From: Pseudomonadota bacterium
GTDB taxonomy: Bacteria; Pseudomonadota; Alphaproteobacteria; Rickettsiales; RGZB01
Direction: 5' to 3'
Length of the DNA: 64,000 nt
Assembly: GCA_010031735.1 (NCBI GenBank)
Contig: RGZB01000004.1
Location: forward strand, 24-64,023
Shown: positions 7,802 through 16,242 of the stretch, one piece after another
How positions within the stretch are numbered: the stretch's first letter is position 1
How the letters are laid out: each line of letters starts with the position of its first letter
Made by a program: the position numbers and the translations under genes
Notes under the pieces: model-generated
The model's input: only the letters and a program-made list of their open reading frames with translations
What the model was told of the DNA's origin: nothing
Databases searched by the model: none

Positions 7802-9044
7802 ATGGTAGCTATAGAACGGGGATTTCTAGAAGAAATATTTGCTGATCCGGCGGATGATAATCACCGGCTGGCGGTCTGCGACTGGTTAACCGAAAATGGC
7901 GACCCGGCACGCGCAGAACTCATCCAACTACAAGGAAGAAATACGCGACCGGGTCGCGTTCCTGGTGGGGACAAACCGTGATCGCTGGCTGACAGAAGCC
8001 GGGATACCGCCGCACCTTTGGTGCCATGTGTTCTTCGAACGCGGTATGCCGAGCCATTACATCACGGTAGAGAATTTTCGGATCCATGATCATAGCAATC
8101 CAGAAAGGGATGTGCGTGCACAAAACGCCCAGATCGCACCGGAGCGCCTGCGTGCGGCTGAATTGATCGCTGCCATGGAAGGATGTGTGGTGCCGGCAAG
8201 ACTTGAGCCACTGGGCTCGAAGCAACCCATTTATCTTGAAGTTCAACCGCCTTCTGCCGAAGAACGCGTGGTGCTTATTGGGAGCCTTAATGGAATCCTT
8301 GATCTTAAGAAATATACGTTCGAGGCTGTGGCGATATCACCTGAGCTTGGGAAAAGCCTACATCTTTTTCCTTTTTCGGCACGCGTGGTGAATATCGGAG
8401 GGAAAATAAACCATAGAGTACATATCGGTGCGTGTCAGGTTGATACCATGACCATCGGCAATGACAGTAGAGGGGATTTGACGATAAGTGGAGCTAGGAT
8501 TGGATCTTTGATCATCGGAGACGATAGAAAGCAGGATGTATTATTAAGATTCGGTCCAAGCATTATAGGCTGTCTTGTGATAGGGCGTGGCTTTCAAGGA
8601 GATATTGAAGCGGAAGGACGTTTTGACACATTGTTTCAAGGTCTTGATGCGGCTGGCAGTATCATCTATCAGGGGTACAATCCTGAGTACAACAAGGTAA
8701 ATTTTTACGACACCAACACGGGGGACGTCTACCCTGTGGGTGATGCACAGGATAAGTCAGCGTTTCGCGACCGGGTGCTGGCACTGGCAGAGCAAGGAGA
8801 TCTTCCCTCGCTGAAAGAATTGAGGGTTTATCGATTTGACCCAGATGTCGAAGGGCATTCTTTATTGTGTGAAGTAACGCCGGAGGAGCTTCGTTATGTA
8901 CGCGAACGTGGCGTAGAAACACGCGCTGCTGAAGCGCTGGCCGATGACCCGCTCGACGAAGCCGTGACCGAAGCCGGCAGGAAGGGGGGCCCGAAAGCAG
9001 TGGCGGATGAAATCGAGGATACAAGACTTCCCGATCGCGAATAA
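7802..9044 (+). CDS. TIGR02996-type N-terminal domain / repeat protein, paralogue 2, split over two frames (7802-7981 and 7896-9044)
   Basis: Same layout as paralogue 1. The N-domain frame ends at TGA 7979-7981. The body in the +1 frame continues ...KEEIRDRVAFLVGTNRDRWLTEAGIPPHLWCHVFFERGMPSHYITV..., followed by xIGxxxxxLxI-type repeats. Confidence 0.6.
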
Positions 9045-9145
9045 CGGATTCTGGCGAACCGATAACCTACCTACAACACACCTCTTGAGAAATCACATCG
9101 TTTAGGCTATATCTGCCGTCCCCATTACTATAAAAACAACGGTTT

Positions 9146-10384
9146 ATGGCACTTATTGTTCAAAAATTCGGCGGTACGTCGGTCGCGAACACGGACAACA
9201 TCAAAAACGTTGCCCGTCGCGTGAAATCCGAGGTGGAGAAGGGCAACCAGGTTGTCGTGGTGGTCTCCGCCATGTCGGGCACGACCGACCAGCTCATCAA
9301 ATGGGTGAATGCCGTATCGAGCCTGAACACCAAAGAAGAAGAAGCAGAGCACGATGTGGTCGTCTCCTCCGGTGAACAGGTGACGAGCGGCCTTTTGGCA
9401 CTCGCACTGCGCGCGATCGACGTGCCGGCCATCTCCATGCAGGCGTGGCAGCTGCCGTTCTACAGTGACGATATGTTCCGTAAAGCCCGCATCGAGGATA
9501 TCGAGACGGGGGCGCTCACCGATGCGCTGAATAAGGGACTCGTGGTAGTGGTGCCGGGCTTCCAGGGCATTACGCGGAGTAAACGCGTGACGACCTTAGG
9601 CCGTGGCGGTTCTGATACCTCCGGTGTGGCACTCGCTGCAGCCTTGAAAGCCGAACGTTGTGATATCTATACTGACGTGGAGGGGGTATACACCTCCGAT
9701 CCACGCGTGGTGACGAAGGCGCGCAAACTCCGCAAGATCGCGTACGAAGAAATGATGGAGATGGCATCCTTAGGCGCGAAAGTGCTGCAGCTGCGCTCTG
9801 TCGAAATGGCAATGAAACACAAGGTTCGGGTGCAGGTGCTCTCGAGCTTCTCCGATAAACCGGGAACCTTACTCGTAGATGAAGAGGAAGTTATGGAACG
9901 ACGACTCATTACTGGCGTAACCTACAGCCGCGGCGAAGCGCAAGTGACCGTGACGGGTATTCCGGATAAGCCGGGTATCGCTGCCGAGATCTTCGGCCCG
10001 CTCGCGGATGCGGAGATCAACGTCGATATGATCGTGCAGAACATCTCGGAAGCCAGCGGCAACGAGAAATTCACCGACATGACGTTCACCGTCGGTAAGA
10101 CCGATCTCGATAAAGCGCTCTCTTCGCTGAAAGCGCTCAAGGACAAATTGAAATACCGTGAACTCATCACGAACGACCAGGTGGCGAAAGTCTCCGTCGT
10201 GGGTGTCGGGATGCGTTCACACGCTGGTTTGGCGCAAAAGATGTTCAAGACGCTGGCGGAAAAAGGCATCAACATCCATGTGATCTCCACGTCGGAAATC
10301 AAGATCTCGGTGTTGATTTCGGAAGAGTATCTGGAACTCGCACTCCGTGCGCTGCATACGGCATACGGCCTCGACGAGAAATAG
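9146..10384 (+). CDS. lysC: aspartate kinase
   Basis: MALIVQKFGGTSVANTDNIKNVARRV...VVVVSAMSGTTDQLI, with C-terminal ACT-type regions. Confidence 0.95.
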   Translation: MALIVQKFGGTSVANTDNIKNVARRVKSEVEKGNQVVVVVSAMSGTTDQLIKWVNAVSSLNTKEEEAEHDVVVSSGEQVTSGLLALALRAIDVPAISMQAWQLPFYSDDMFRKARIEDIETGALTDALNKGLVVVVPGFQGITRSKRVTTLGRGGSDTSGVALAAALKAERCDIYTDVEGVYTSDPRVVTKARKLRKIAYEEMMEMASLGAKVLQLRSVEMAMKHKVRVQVLSSFSDKPGTLLVDEEEVMERRLITGVTYSRGEAQVTVTGIPDKPGIAAEIFGPLADAEINVDMIVQNISEASGNEKFTDMTFTVGKTDLDKALSSLKALKDKLKYRELITNDQVAKVSVVGVGMRSHAGLAQKMFKTLAEKGINIHVISTSEIKISVLISEEYLELALRALHTAYGLDEK

Positions 10385-10385
10385 A

Positions 10386-11435
10386 TTACCGATTGCTGCG
10401 CGACGGCGATTCCGGTGTGTTGAAGAGCGATAAGCCGCTCTCGCGGATACGTTTCTCCGCATTCTTTAAGATACCCGATACCGAAGCACGACCCGTGAGC
10501 CCGAAATGGGTGGCGGTTTCTTCCTGTGTTTTCTCGATGCCATCGTTGATACCATACAGATGGTCGAGCACTTCGCGCTGACGCTGGGTCAGCACCTCGC
10601 GTGCACGGGCGTAGGTTTCTAAGAAATGCTCGCGGTCGGTGAACTGGGATACCACATCCGGTCCGAGGCTTTCATCTGCGATACGGTTCACCCACGCTTG
10701 GTTTGTGCGAAGGCGCGTATCCTGCACGGCGAGCAAATTAGCCTCAGTGCGCACCGGACTCGACGTGGTGTTGATGATGAGCTGCAGTGTGGCCGTATCG
10801 TAATTGTAGCCCTGGTTGAAGGCGGCCATCAACAACGATGGCACGACACCCGCACGGCCGTCGGTTAAGGTGTGCGTGTCTGCATCGCGCCCGTAGGAGG
10901 GCACATCGCGATCCAGCAAGAGGTCGATCACTTCGCGGCGCGTGTGATTATCGGCGAATGCATGCCTGCCGGTGTTCGCAATCGTCGTGTTATAGGCATG
11001 CTCTACGACCGGACGCGCCGTTTCTTTGAGCAGTGTTTTAAAGAGTTTGAACGTTTCGGTGCTCGGCGGTGCCTCTTTATCGCCTATGCGGTACATGAGG
11101 TTCTCGAGTGCCAGGGTTGTCGGGTTCTTCATGTTGCCGCCAGCGCCGCTGACCTGTGCCACGGTCTCATGGGCGATATAGAGTTCGCGGGCCGCTAAAA
11201 CGGCATATCCTACCATCTCCTTCTTGCTCAGCCGGCATTCCGGATGGGTCTCGCGGAATTCGGCGAAAGGATCGGGGCGCGTGCCGAAAACCATGGTGTA
11301 ATAGATATCCCAGGCAGCGGGAGGCAGGTCGGAGTCATTCACCCGTTGCAGCAATGCGTTCGCGATCGGCACCGGCAACGTATCGAGCGTATACCGATGG
11401 AAATCATTGTTGTGCTTGGTTCGCGTAATAGACAT
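10386..11435 (-). CDS. uncharacterised protein with a sigma-70 region-4-like C-terminal HTH (family member A)
   Basis: C-terminus LTQRQREVLDHLYGINDGIEKTQEETATHFGLTGRASVSGILKNAEKRIR. The N-terminal domain is not recognisable and is paralogous to the next gene (motif AARELY...SGAGGNMKNP). Confidence 0.6.
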   Translation of the reverse strand: MSITRTKHNNDFHRYTLDTLPVPIANALLQRVNDSDLPPAAWDIYYTMVFGTRPDPFAEFRETHPECRLSKKEMVGYAVLAARELYIAHETVAQVSGAGGNMKNPTTLALENLMYRIGDKEAPPSTETFKLFKTLLKETARPVVEHAYNTTIANTGRHAFADNHTRREVIDLLLDRDVPSYGRDADTHTLTDGRAGVVPSLLMAAFNQGYNYDTATLQLIINTTSSPVRTEANLLAVQDTRLRTNQAWVNRIADESLGPDVVSQFTDREHFLETYARAREVLTQRQREVLDHLYGINDGIEKTQEETATHFGLTGRASVSGILKNAEKRIRESGLSLFNTPESPSRSNR

Positions 11436-11457
11436 ACATCAAGGGTTGCTTGTGGGC

Positions 11458-12420
11458 TCATCGGTTCTTTTCACCGCGATCGCGGTCGAGTTCTTGATTC
11501 ATATAATGGTGCAATTGGCTAAGGCCCTGATCAATCCATTTACTCACGGTCTCACGACTCTTGCCTATCCGCTCGGCTATCTCCGATTTGGTCTCGGTAG
11601 GGTTCTCATCAAGGCCGTAATAGCGCACAATGGCGGCGCGGTATTCTTCTGGTAACAAGCCCAACAGATGGTCACCCTTTTCGTGCAATATGGAGACGAG
11701 ATAGTCGTGATAAACTTCGGAGCGGGGTTCTGCGATGGATGCGTTCTGTTTTCTGGTGAGCGAGGTGGTGGCGCTTTCGGTGCCTATAGCCAGATGGCCG
11801 CGCTCGCCCAAGATAAGGCGTAGACCCGGGATAAGGTAATCCGGGTCGTAGTTCTTATGATGCCACTCCTTATCGATCACATGGCGCATGAGGAAGGGAA
11901 AGGCGCCAACTGAAGCATCATCCGGACGCTCGAGCAGAGATTCCACAATCGTACGTTTGGAGCCGCCCCTTAAGTCCTCCGCGAGTGCATCTTTCTCCGC
12001 GAATTGGTCATACAGTTCGGAGATGATACCGCGTGCCGTGGCGCGTAAAATGTCGCTATAGCGTGCGACACTGTCGCTGGTCAGTTCTTTCTCGCGTAAT
12101 TTCTCGATCAAGACCTGGATGGTCCGGCTGTAAGGGGAAGACATATGGCCGCCTGTGCCGCCTGCTAATACTACATTCTTACCGGCGAACAAGCGTTCAG
12201 CTGCAAGACAGGCCCGCTCGGTCAAGGCATCGGCATCCATATCACCCAGAAAATCCGGATATTCTTTGGCGATACGGTTTAAACTTTCTACGGGATTGAG
12301 ATTGAAATCAAATACCACGGCGCGGAGTAAATCGCGATCTGCCTGTGTTACGACACCGCCATCGGGGCGGTTATTCCATGCGCGCCAAAAACCGGCTGGT
12401 TGGATGCTATGGTCGTTCAT
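11458..12420 (-). CDS. uncharacterised protein with a sigma-70 region-4-like C-terminal HTH (family member B)
   Basis: C-terminus LPEEYRAAIVRYYGLDENPTETKSEIAERIGKSRETVSKWIDQGLSQL. Shares AAERLF...AGGTGGHMSSP with member A. Confidence 0.6.
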   Translation of the reverse strand: MNDHSIQPAGFWRAWNNRPDGGVVTQADRDLLRAVVFDFNLNPVESLNRIAKEYPDFLGDMDADALTERACLAAERLFAGKNVVLAGGTGGHMSSPYSRTIQVLIEKLREKELTSDSVARYSDILRATARGIISELYDQFAEKDALAEDLRGGSKRTIVESLLERPDDASVGAFPFLMRHVIDKEWHHKNYDPDYLIPGLRLILGERGHLAIGTESATTSLTRKQNASIAEPRSEVYHDYLVSILHEKGDHLLGLLPEEYRAAIVRYYGLDENPTETKSEIAERIGKSRETVSKWIDQGLSQLHHYMNQELDRDRGEKNR

Positions 12421-12502
12421 GGTTGCAACTCCCCTGGGTTTAGTGTAGTTCCCTCTGACCGTTTCCCTATGATTATAGGGTACTTATGTTAATAAATTGT
12501 AA

Positions 12503-13561
12503 ATGAGTTTGAACCGCATGTCGCAGGCACACCTAAGCACCCTCTGGAAAAAAGGTACGGATTTCCTAGGCTCCAAGCACGCTATACTGGGCGGGGCGAT
12601 GAGCTGGGTGTCGGAGCGTAACCTGGTGGCTGCCATCTCCAATGCCGGGGGTTTCGGTGTGATTGCGGCCTCGAGCATGCCTCCGCACCTCTTAGAGGCC
12701 GAGATCGAAGCGACGAAAAAGCTCACTAAACACCAATTTGGTGTAAATTTGATCACCATGCATCCGCAACTCGAAGAACTGGCCGATGTCTGTATCCGCC
12801 AGAAGGTCAGCCACGTGGTGCTGGCTGGCGGGTTGCCGAAGGCGAGCATCATCGCGAAACTGAAGGAAGGGGGCGCTAAGGTGGTGGGTTTTGCCCCTGC
12901 GGTGTCGCTCGCGAAGAAACTCGTGAAAGACGGTGTCGATGCGCTCGTGATCGAGGGGCATGAAGCGGGCGGCCATATCGGCCCGGTGTCTACCTCCGTA
13001 TTGGCACAGGAAATCCTGCCTTTCGCTGCAGAGAATATGCCGCATGTGCCGGTGTTCGTTGCCGGGGGTATCGGCCGCGGGGAGGCGATCGCGGCCTATC
13101 TCGAGATGGGCGCAGCAGGCGTGCAGCTCGGCACGCGTTTTGTGTGTGCGCATGAATCCATCGCCCATGCGAATTTCAAACGCTCTTTCATCAAGGCCAG
13201 TGCGCGTGATGCGGAACCTTCGGTACAGATCGACCCGGAATTCCCGGTGATACCGGTACGCGCGATCGCGAACAAAGCCAGCAAAGAATTTGCCGCCGTT
13301 CAGGTAGAGGTGATCAACCAGTTCCGCAAAGGGGAGCTGCAAAAGCTCGAGGCGCAACTTAAGATCGAGCATTATTGGGCTGGTGCGCTCCGTAGGGCTG
13401 TCATCGACGGCGATGTGGAAACCGGCTCGCTCATGGCAGGACAAAGTGTGGGTATGGTGACCAAAGAACAAAGCACGCAGGAAATCATCGACGAGCTGGT
13501 CGCACAAGCGGAGCACTTCCTTGCCCACAGGGCAGCGAAGCCGCAGGCCAAACGCGCCTGA
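12503..13561 (+). CDS. nitronate monooxygenase / FabK-like NAD(P)H-dependent flavin oxidoreductase
   Basis: LGGAMSWVSERNLVAAISNAGGFGVI...VDALVIEGHEAGGHIGPVST...FVAGGIGRGEAIAAYLEMGAAGVQLGTRF. The exact start codon is uncertain. Confidence 0.8.
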   Translation: MSLNRMSQAHLSTLWKKGTDFLGSKHAILGGAMSWVSERNLVAAISNAGGFGVIAASSMPPHLLEAEIEATKKLTKHQFGVNLITMHPQLEELADVCIRQKVSHVVLAGGLPKASIIAKLKEGGAKVVGFAPAVSLAKKLVKDGVDALVIEGHEAGGHIGPVSTSVLAQEILPFAAENMPHVPVFVAGGIGRGEAIAAYLEMGAAGVQLGTRFVCAHESIAHANFKRSFIKASARDAEPSVQIDPEFPVIPVRAIANKASKEFAAVQVEVINQFRKGELQKLEAQLKIEHYWAGALRRAVIDGDVETGSLMAGQSVGMVTKEQSTQEIIDELVAQAEHFLAHRAAKPQAKRA

Positions 13562-13766
13562 CCCCGAATATCATAACCCGCCCCTCTCCTCCATCACCCG
13601 CAAAGACACGGCGCTAGAAGCCAAAGGGGTCGCTTCTTTCGCAATGGGAGGAGGAGACCCGGTGTATTCACCGCGAAAATCCGCCCAATACGGTCGCTCT
13701 AGGGCAAAGGGAGCCTGATTTTCCTTGCCTAAGTGCAGCCTAAGGGTTAGAACATCCCATTCTTGT

Positions 13767-13843
<77 letters not shown>

Positions 13844-13864
13844 TTTCTCTTGAAAAAAATCGAT

Positions 13865-14965
13865 CTACGGATGCAGTTTGCGGTACTGCAGTATGTCCTG
13901 TGCCGCCAAGGATTCAATCCAGTCGACGAGGCCGAGAGGTTTGGCGAACATCACCGCGCCCACAATCACGCACACGAGCACGCTGAATATCAGTACCAAT
14001 ATCTTGCTCGCTTTATGTTCGGGCGGCAGCGTGACCTTGGCGAAAGGAACCACATCGGTGTAAAGCCGCGCACTCATGATGAGGAAGAGGGGACGCACCA
14101 AGACGGCCGTTAGGCCGACGGCCAGCATGATCGGCACCACCATGAAGAAATAGAAATTGTAGACGCGGTTGGCACCTTCCGCATGCGGCATCATCTGGAA
14201 ATAATAGAAGGACCCGATATAGGCCGTGATACCGATCACCCAACACACCAAGCTGTAACCCATGCGTATCCCGATCGCGCGGGCAGGTTGCGTTTTCAAA
14301 AGTATCACGGAATCTTTCGCGGCATCGAGGAAGCCTTTTCCCGTGACCAATGCGGGAAGTACACCCATCGTGCCGATTTTCCAGGCATAATAGAGTAGCT
14401 CATCGAAGGCGGTGCGCCGCCCGTGCTTCTTCGGTAGGCGGTCCAGGATGGCGCCCACCGTGATCCATGCATCGATAGTGGTGAATATCCAAAGCCTACC
14501 CAGATTACGATGGGCCATACCGAGGCAGCGGCCAATCGTGGACTCCTGTGCAGATAAGCGCAGATAATGCGAAGCGACCATCGCGGCACTGAAAAGGGAG
14601 ATGGGATAGCTCACCATGGCGACGATCAGGAAACTCCAGCACAGCAACACGAGGTTCATCAGTTTGAAGCCACCCTCATGATCGTGGTCGCTCGCTCGTT
14701 GTATTTCTTGCCAGACACTGTCGGGGATCCAATCGAGCATCTGTACCCAGAGCAAGTAGCCGATGAAGATCGCGACCCACTGCAGGAAGGCGAAGAAGAG
14801 TATCTCTTTCTCCTCTGCGATGAGGGCTAAGGAATACTGCATCTGACTAGAAAAGGTGCCGAGATGCTGCTTCGAGAAGATGCGGGGTTTTTCGCCCTGA
14901 CTCAGCAGTAGCTTTGCTTCCTGCTGTGCGTTTTTTAGAACGGCCTGCTCCTGATCGAAAAACAT
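13865..14965 (-). CDS. hypothetical multi-pass membrane protein
   Basis: A 366-aa ORF with several long hydrophobic segments. It lies downstream of, and on the same strand as, the cybB-like gene. Confidence 0.6.
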   Translation of the reverse strand: MFFDQEQAVLKNAQQEAKLLLSQGEKPRIFSKQHLGTFSSQMQYSLALIAEEKEILFFAFLQWVAIFIGYLLWVQMLDWIPDSVWQEIQRASDHDHEGGFKLMNLVLLCWSFLIVAMVSYPISLFSAAMVASHYLRLSAQESTIGRCLGMAHRNLGRLWIFTTIDAWITVGAILDRLPKKHGRRTAFDELLYYAWKIGTMGVLPALVTGKGFLDAAKDSVILLKTQPARAIGIRMGYSLVCWVIGITAYIGSFYYFQMMPHAEGANRVYNFYFFMVVPIMLAVGLTAVLVRPLFLIMSARLYTDVVPFAKVTLPPEHKASKILVLIFSVLVCVIVGAVMFAKPLGLVDWIESLAAQDILQYRKLHP

Positions 14966-14973
14966 CCTACCTC

Positions 14974-15567
14974 CTACAGCTGGCTTAAGTGACGCTCCTC
15001 GCGATAGATCTTCACCGCGTTCTGGTACCTGTCGGATTTGCGCAGCTTCTTCAGCTCTTTGCTTGTGATCTGCTTTTTCTGGCGGAGCGTGAATGCGTCG
15101 CCGCTAAAGCCGCCGCGTGCACCGCAGAATTTATGGCAATTGCCTTCCGGATCGGAGAACTTGATCTTGCTGCCATCGAGTTTGATGGTGAGCAGGCATG
15201 CATCGAGAGTGGTATCGCGGTCCTGGTACACGAAGCCGCCGACCTTCTTATATTCCACGATGCCGTTCACGTTACATTCGTGGCCATTGTAGAATTCGGT
15301 GTGGAGGTTGATGTAGGCGGTGGTATCGGTCACTTTTACAAATTCCATCGTGTCTTCGGATTTGTATTCACTGCCATCCACCAATGCGTTATTGAAATGC
15401 TTGCTATACGAGCCTTCAAGTTTATTCATCAGCTTGTTCGCTTCGCTTGCATCCCCTTCTTTATCGTAGGGTGCATCGTTAAAATCAGCGGCCATAACAG
15501 TGATTGCAGCCAGTATGATAATGACAGTGTATAGTTTGAAATCCCTTAAAATATGCTTGCGTTCCAT
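14974..15567 (-). CDS. hypothetical exported or membrane-anchored protein with conserved cysteines
   Basis: Start placed at MERKHILRDFKLYTVIIILAAITVMA, with a GAGGA ribosome-binding site. There is one N-terminal hydrophobic segment. No family recognised. Confidence 0.55.
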   Translation of the reverse strand: MERKHILRDFKLYTVIIILAAITVMAADFNDAPYDKEGDASEANKLMNKLEGSYSKHFNNALVDGSEYKSEDTMEFVKVTDTTAYINLHTEFYNGHECNVNGIVEYKKVGGFVYQDRDTTLDACLLTIKLDGSKIKFSDPEGNCHKFCGARGGFSGDAFTLRQKKQITSKELKKLRKSDRYQNAVKIYREERHLSQL

Positions 15568-15593
15568 TCGTGGTCCTCGGTCCTTTATCAAAT

Positions 15594-16154
15594 CTATTTA
15601 TTGAAATGGGGTAACATACGCCGCAAGGTTGCATCTTTGCGGATGAAATGGTGCCAGAGCGCGGCGCCTGCATGAAGCGAGATCAACGCGATCAAGGCAT
15701 AACCAATCCATGTGTGAACTGCCTTGGAGTAATCCTTATACTCAGGATCGACATCACCGAGAGGCGGCAGTGTAAAGAGGCCGTAGAATTCTACGGAGCG
15801 TCCGGCAACGGTGCTCATCCACCAACCGGAAAGCGGCATTAAAATCATGAGGGCATATAAAGTCAGATGTGCGCCGTGGGCACCGTATTTCACCAGGGTA
15901 GAAAAATCGGCAGGCATGGCAGGCGCCGGTTTCACCAACCGCCACAGGATGCGCACCGCGACGAGCATGAGAATCAATATACCGGTGGATTTATGCAGAC
16001 CGTAGGCGAAACCGCGCCACGCTTGTGGGACTTCCCCAAGCAATAATCCGAAGGCGAGCATGGCGATCATCAAGATGGCCATCAGCCAGTGAAGCAATTT
16101 ACTGAACGCGTGGTATTGCTCCAGCGTGAGAGTAGAAGTGGTAGGTTGTTTCAT
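15594..16154 (-). CDS. cybB: cytochrome b561 family protein
   Basis: FSKLLHWLMAILMI...GLHKSTGILILMLVAVRILWR...AHLTLYALMILMPLSGW...HTWIGYALIALISLHAGAALWHHF, with four TM helices carrying conserved His. Start placed at MKQPTTS, with a GAGAGG ribosome-binding site. Confidence 0.8.
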   Translation of the reverse strand: MKQPTTSTLTLEQYHAFSKLLHWLMAILMIAMLAFGLLLGEVPQAWRGFAYGLHKSTGILILMLVAVRILWRLVKPAPAMPADFSTLVKYGAHGAHLTLYALMILMPLSGWWMSTVAGRSVEFYGLFTLPPLGDVDPEYKDYSKAVHTWIGYALIALISLHAGAALWHHFIRKDATLRRMLPHFNK

Positions 16155-16242
16155 ACGAGACCTCTCATCCAATTCTATGATTGCTAATCTTCGTCCAAAG
16201 ACAATAATGTCTGATGAACGTCTATCGAACATAAAACGGTAA

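Noticed and set aside
13521-13718. A 65-aa ORF between the oxidoreductase gene and tRNA-Pro.
   Set aside because: It overlaps the end of the upstream gene and the long hairpin, has no ribosome-binding site, and has low-complexity Pro/Arg content.
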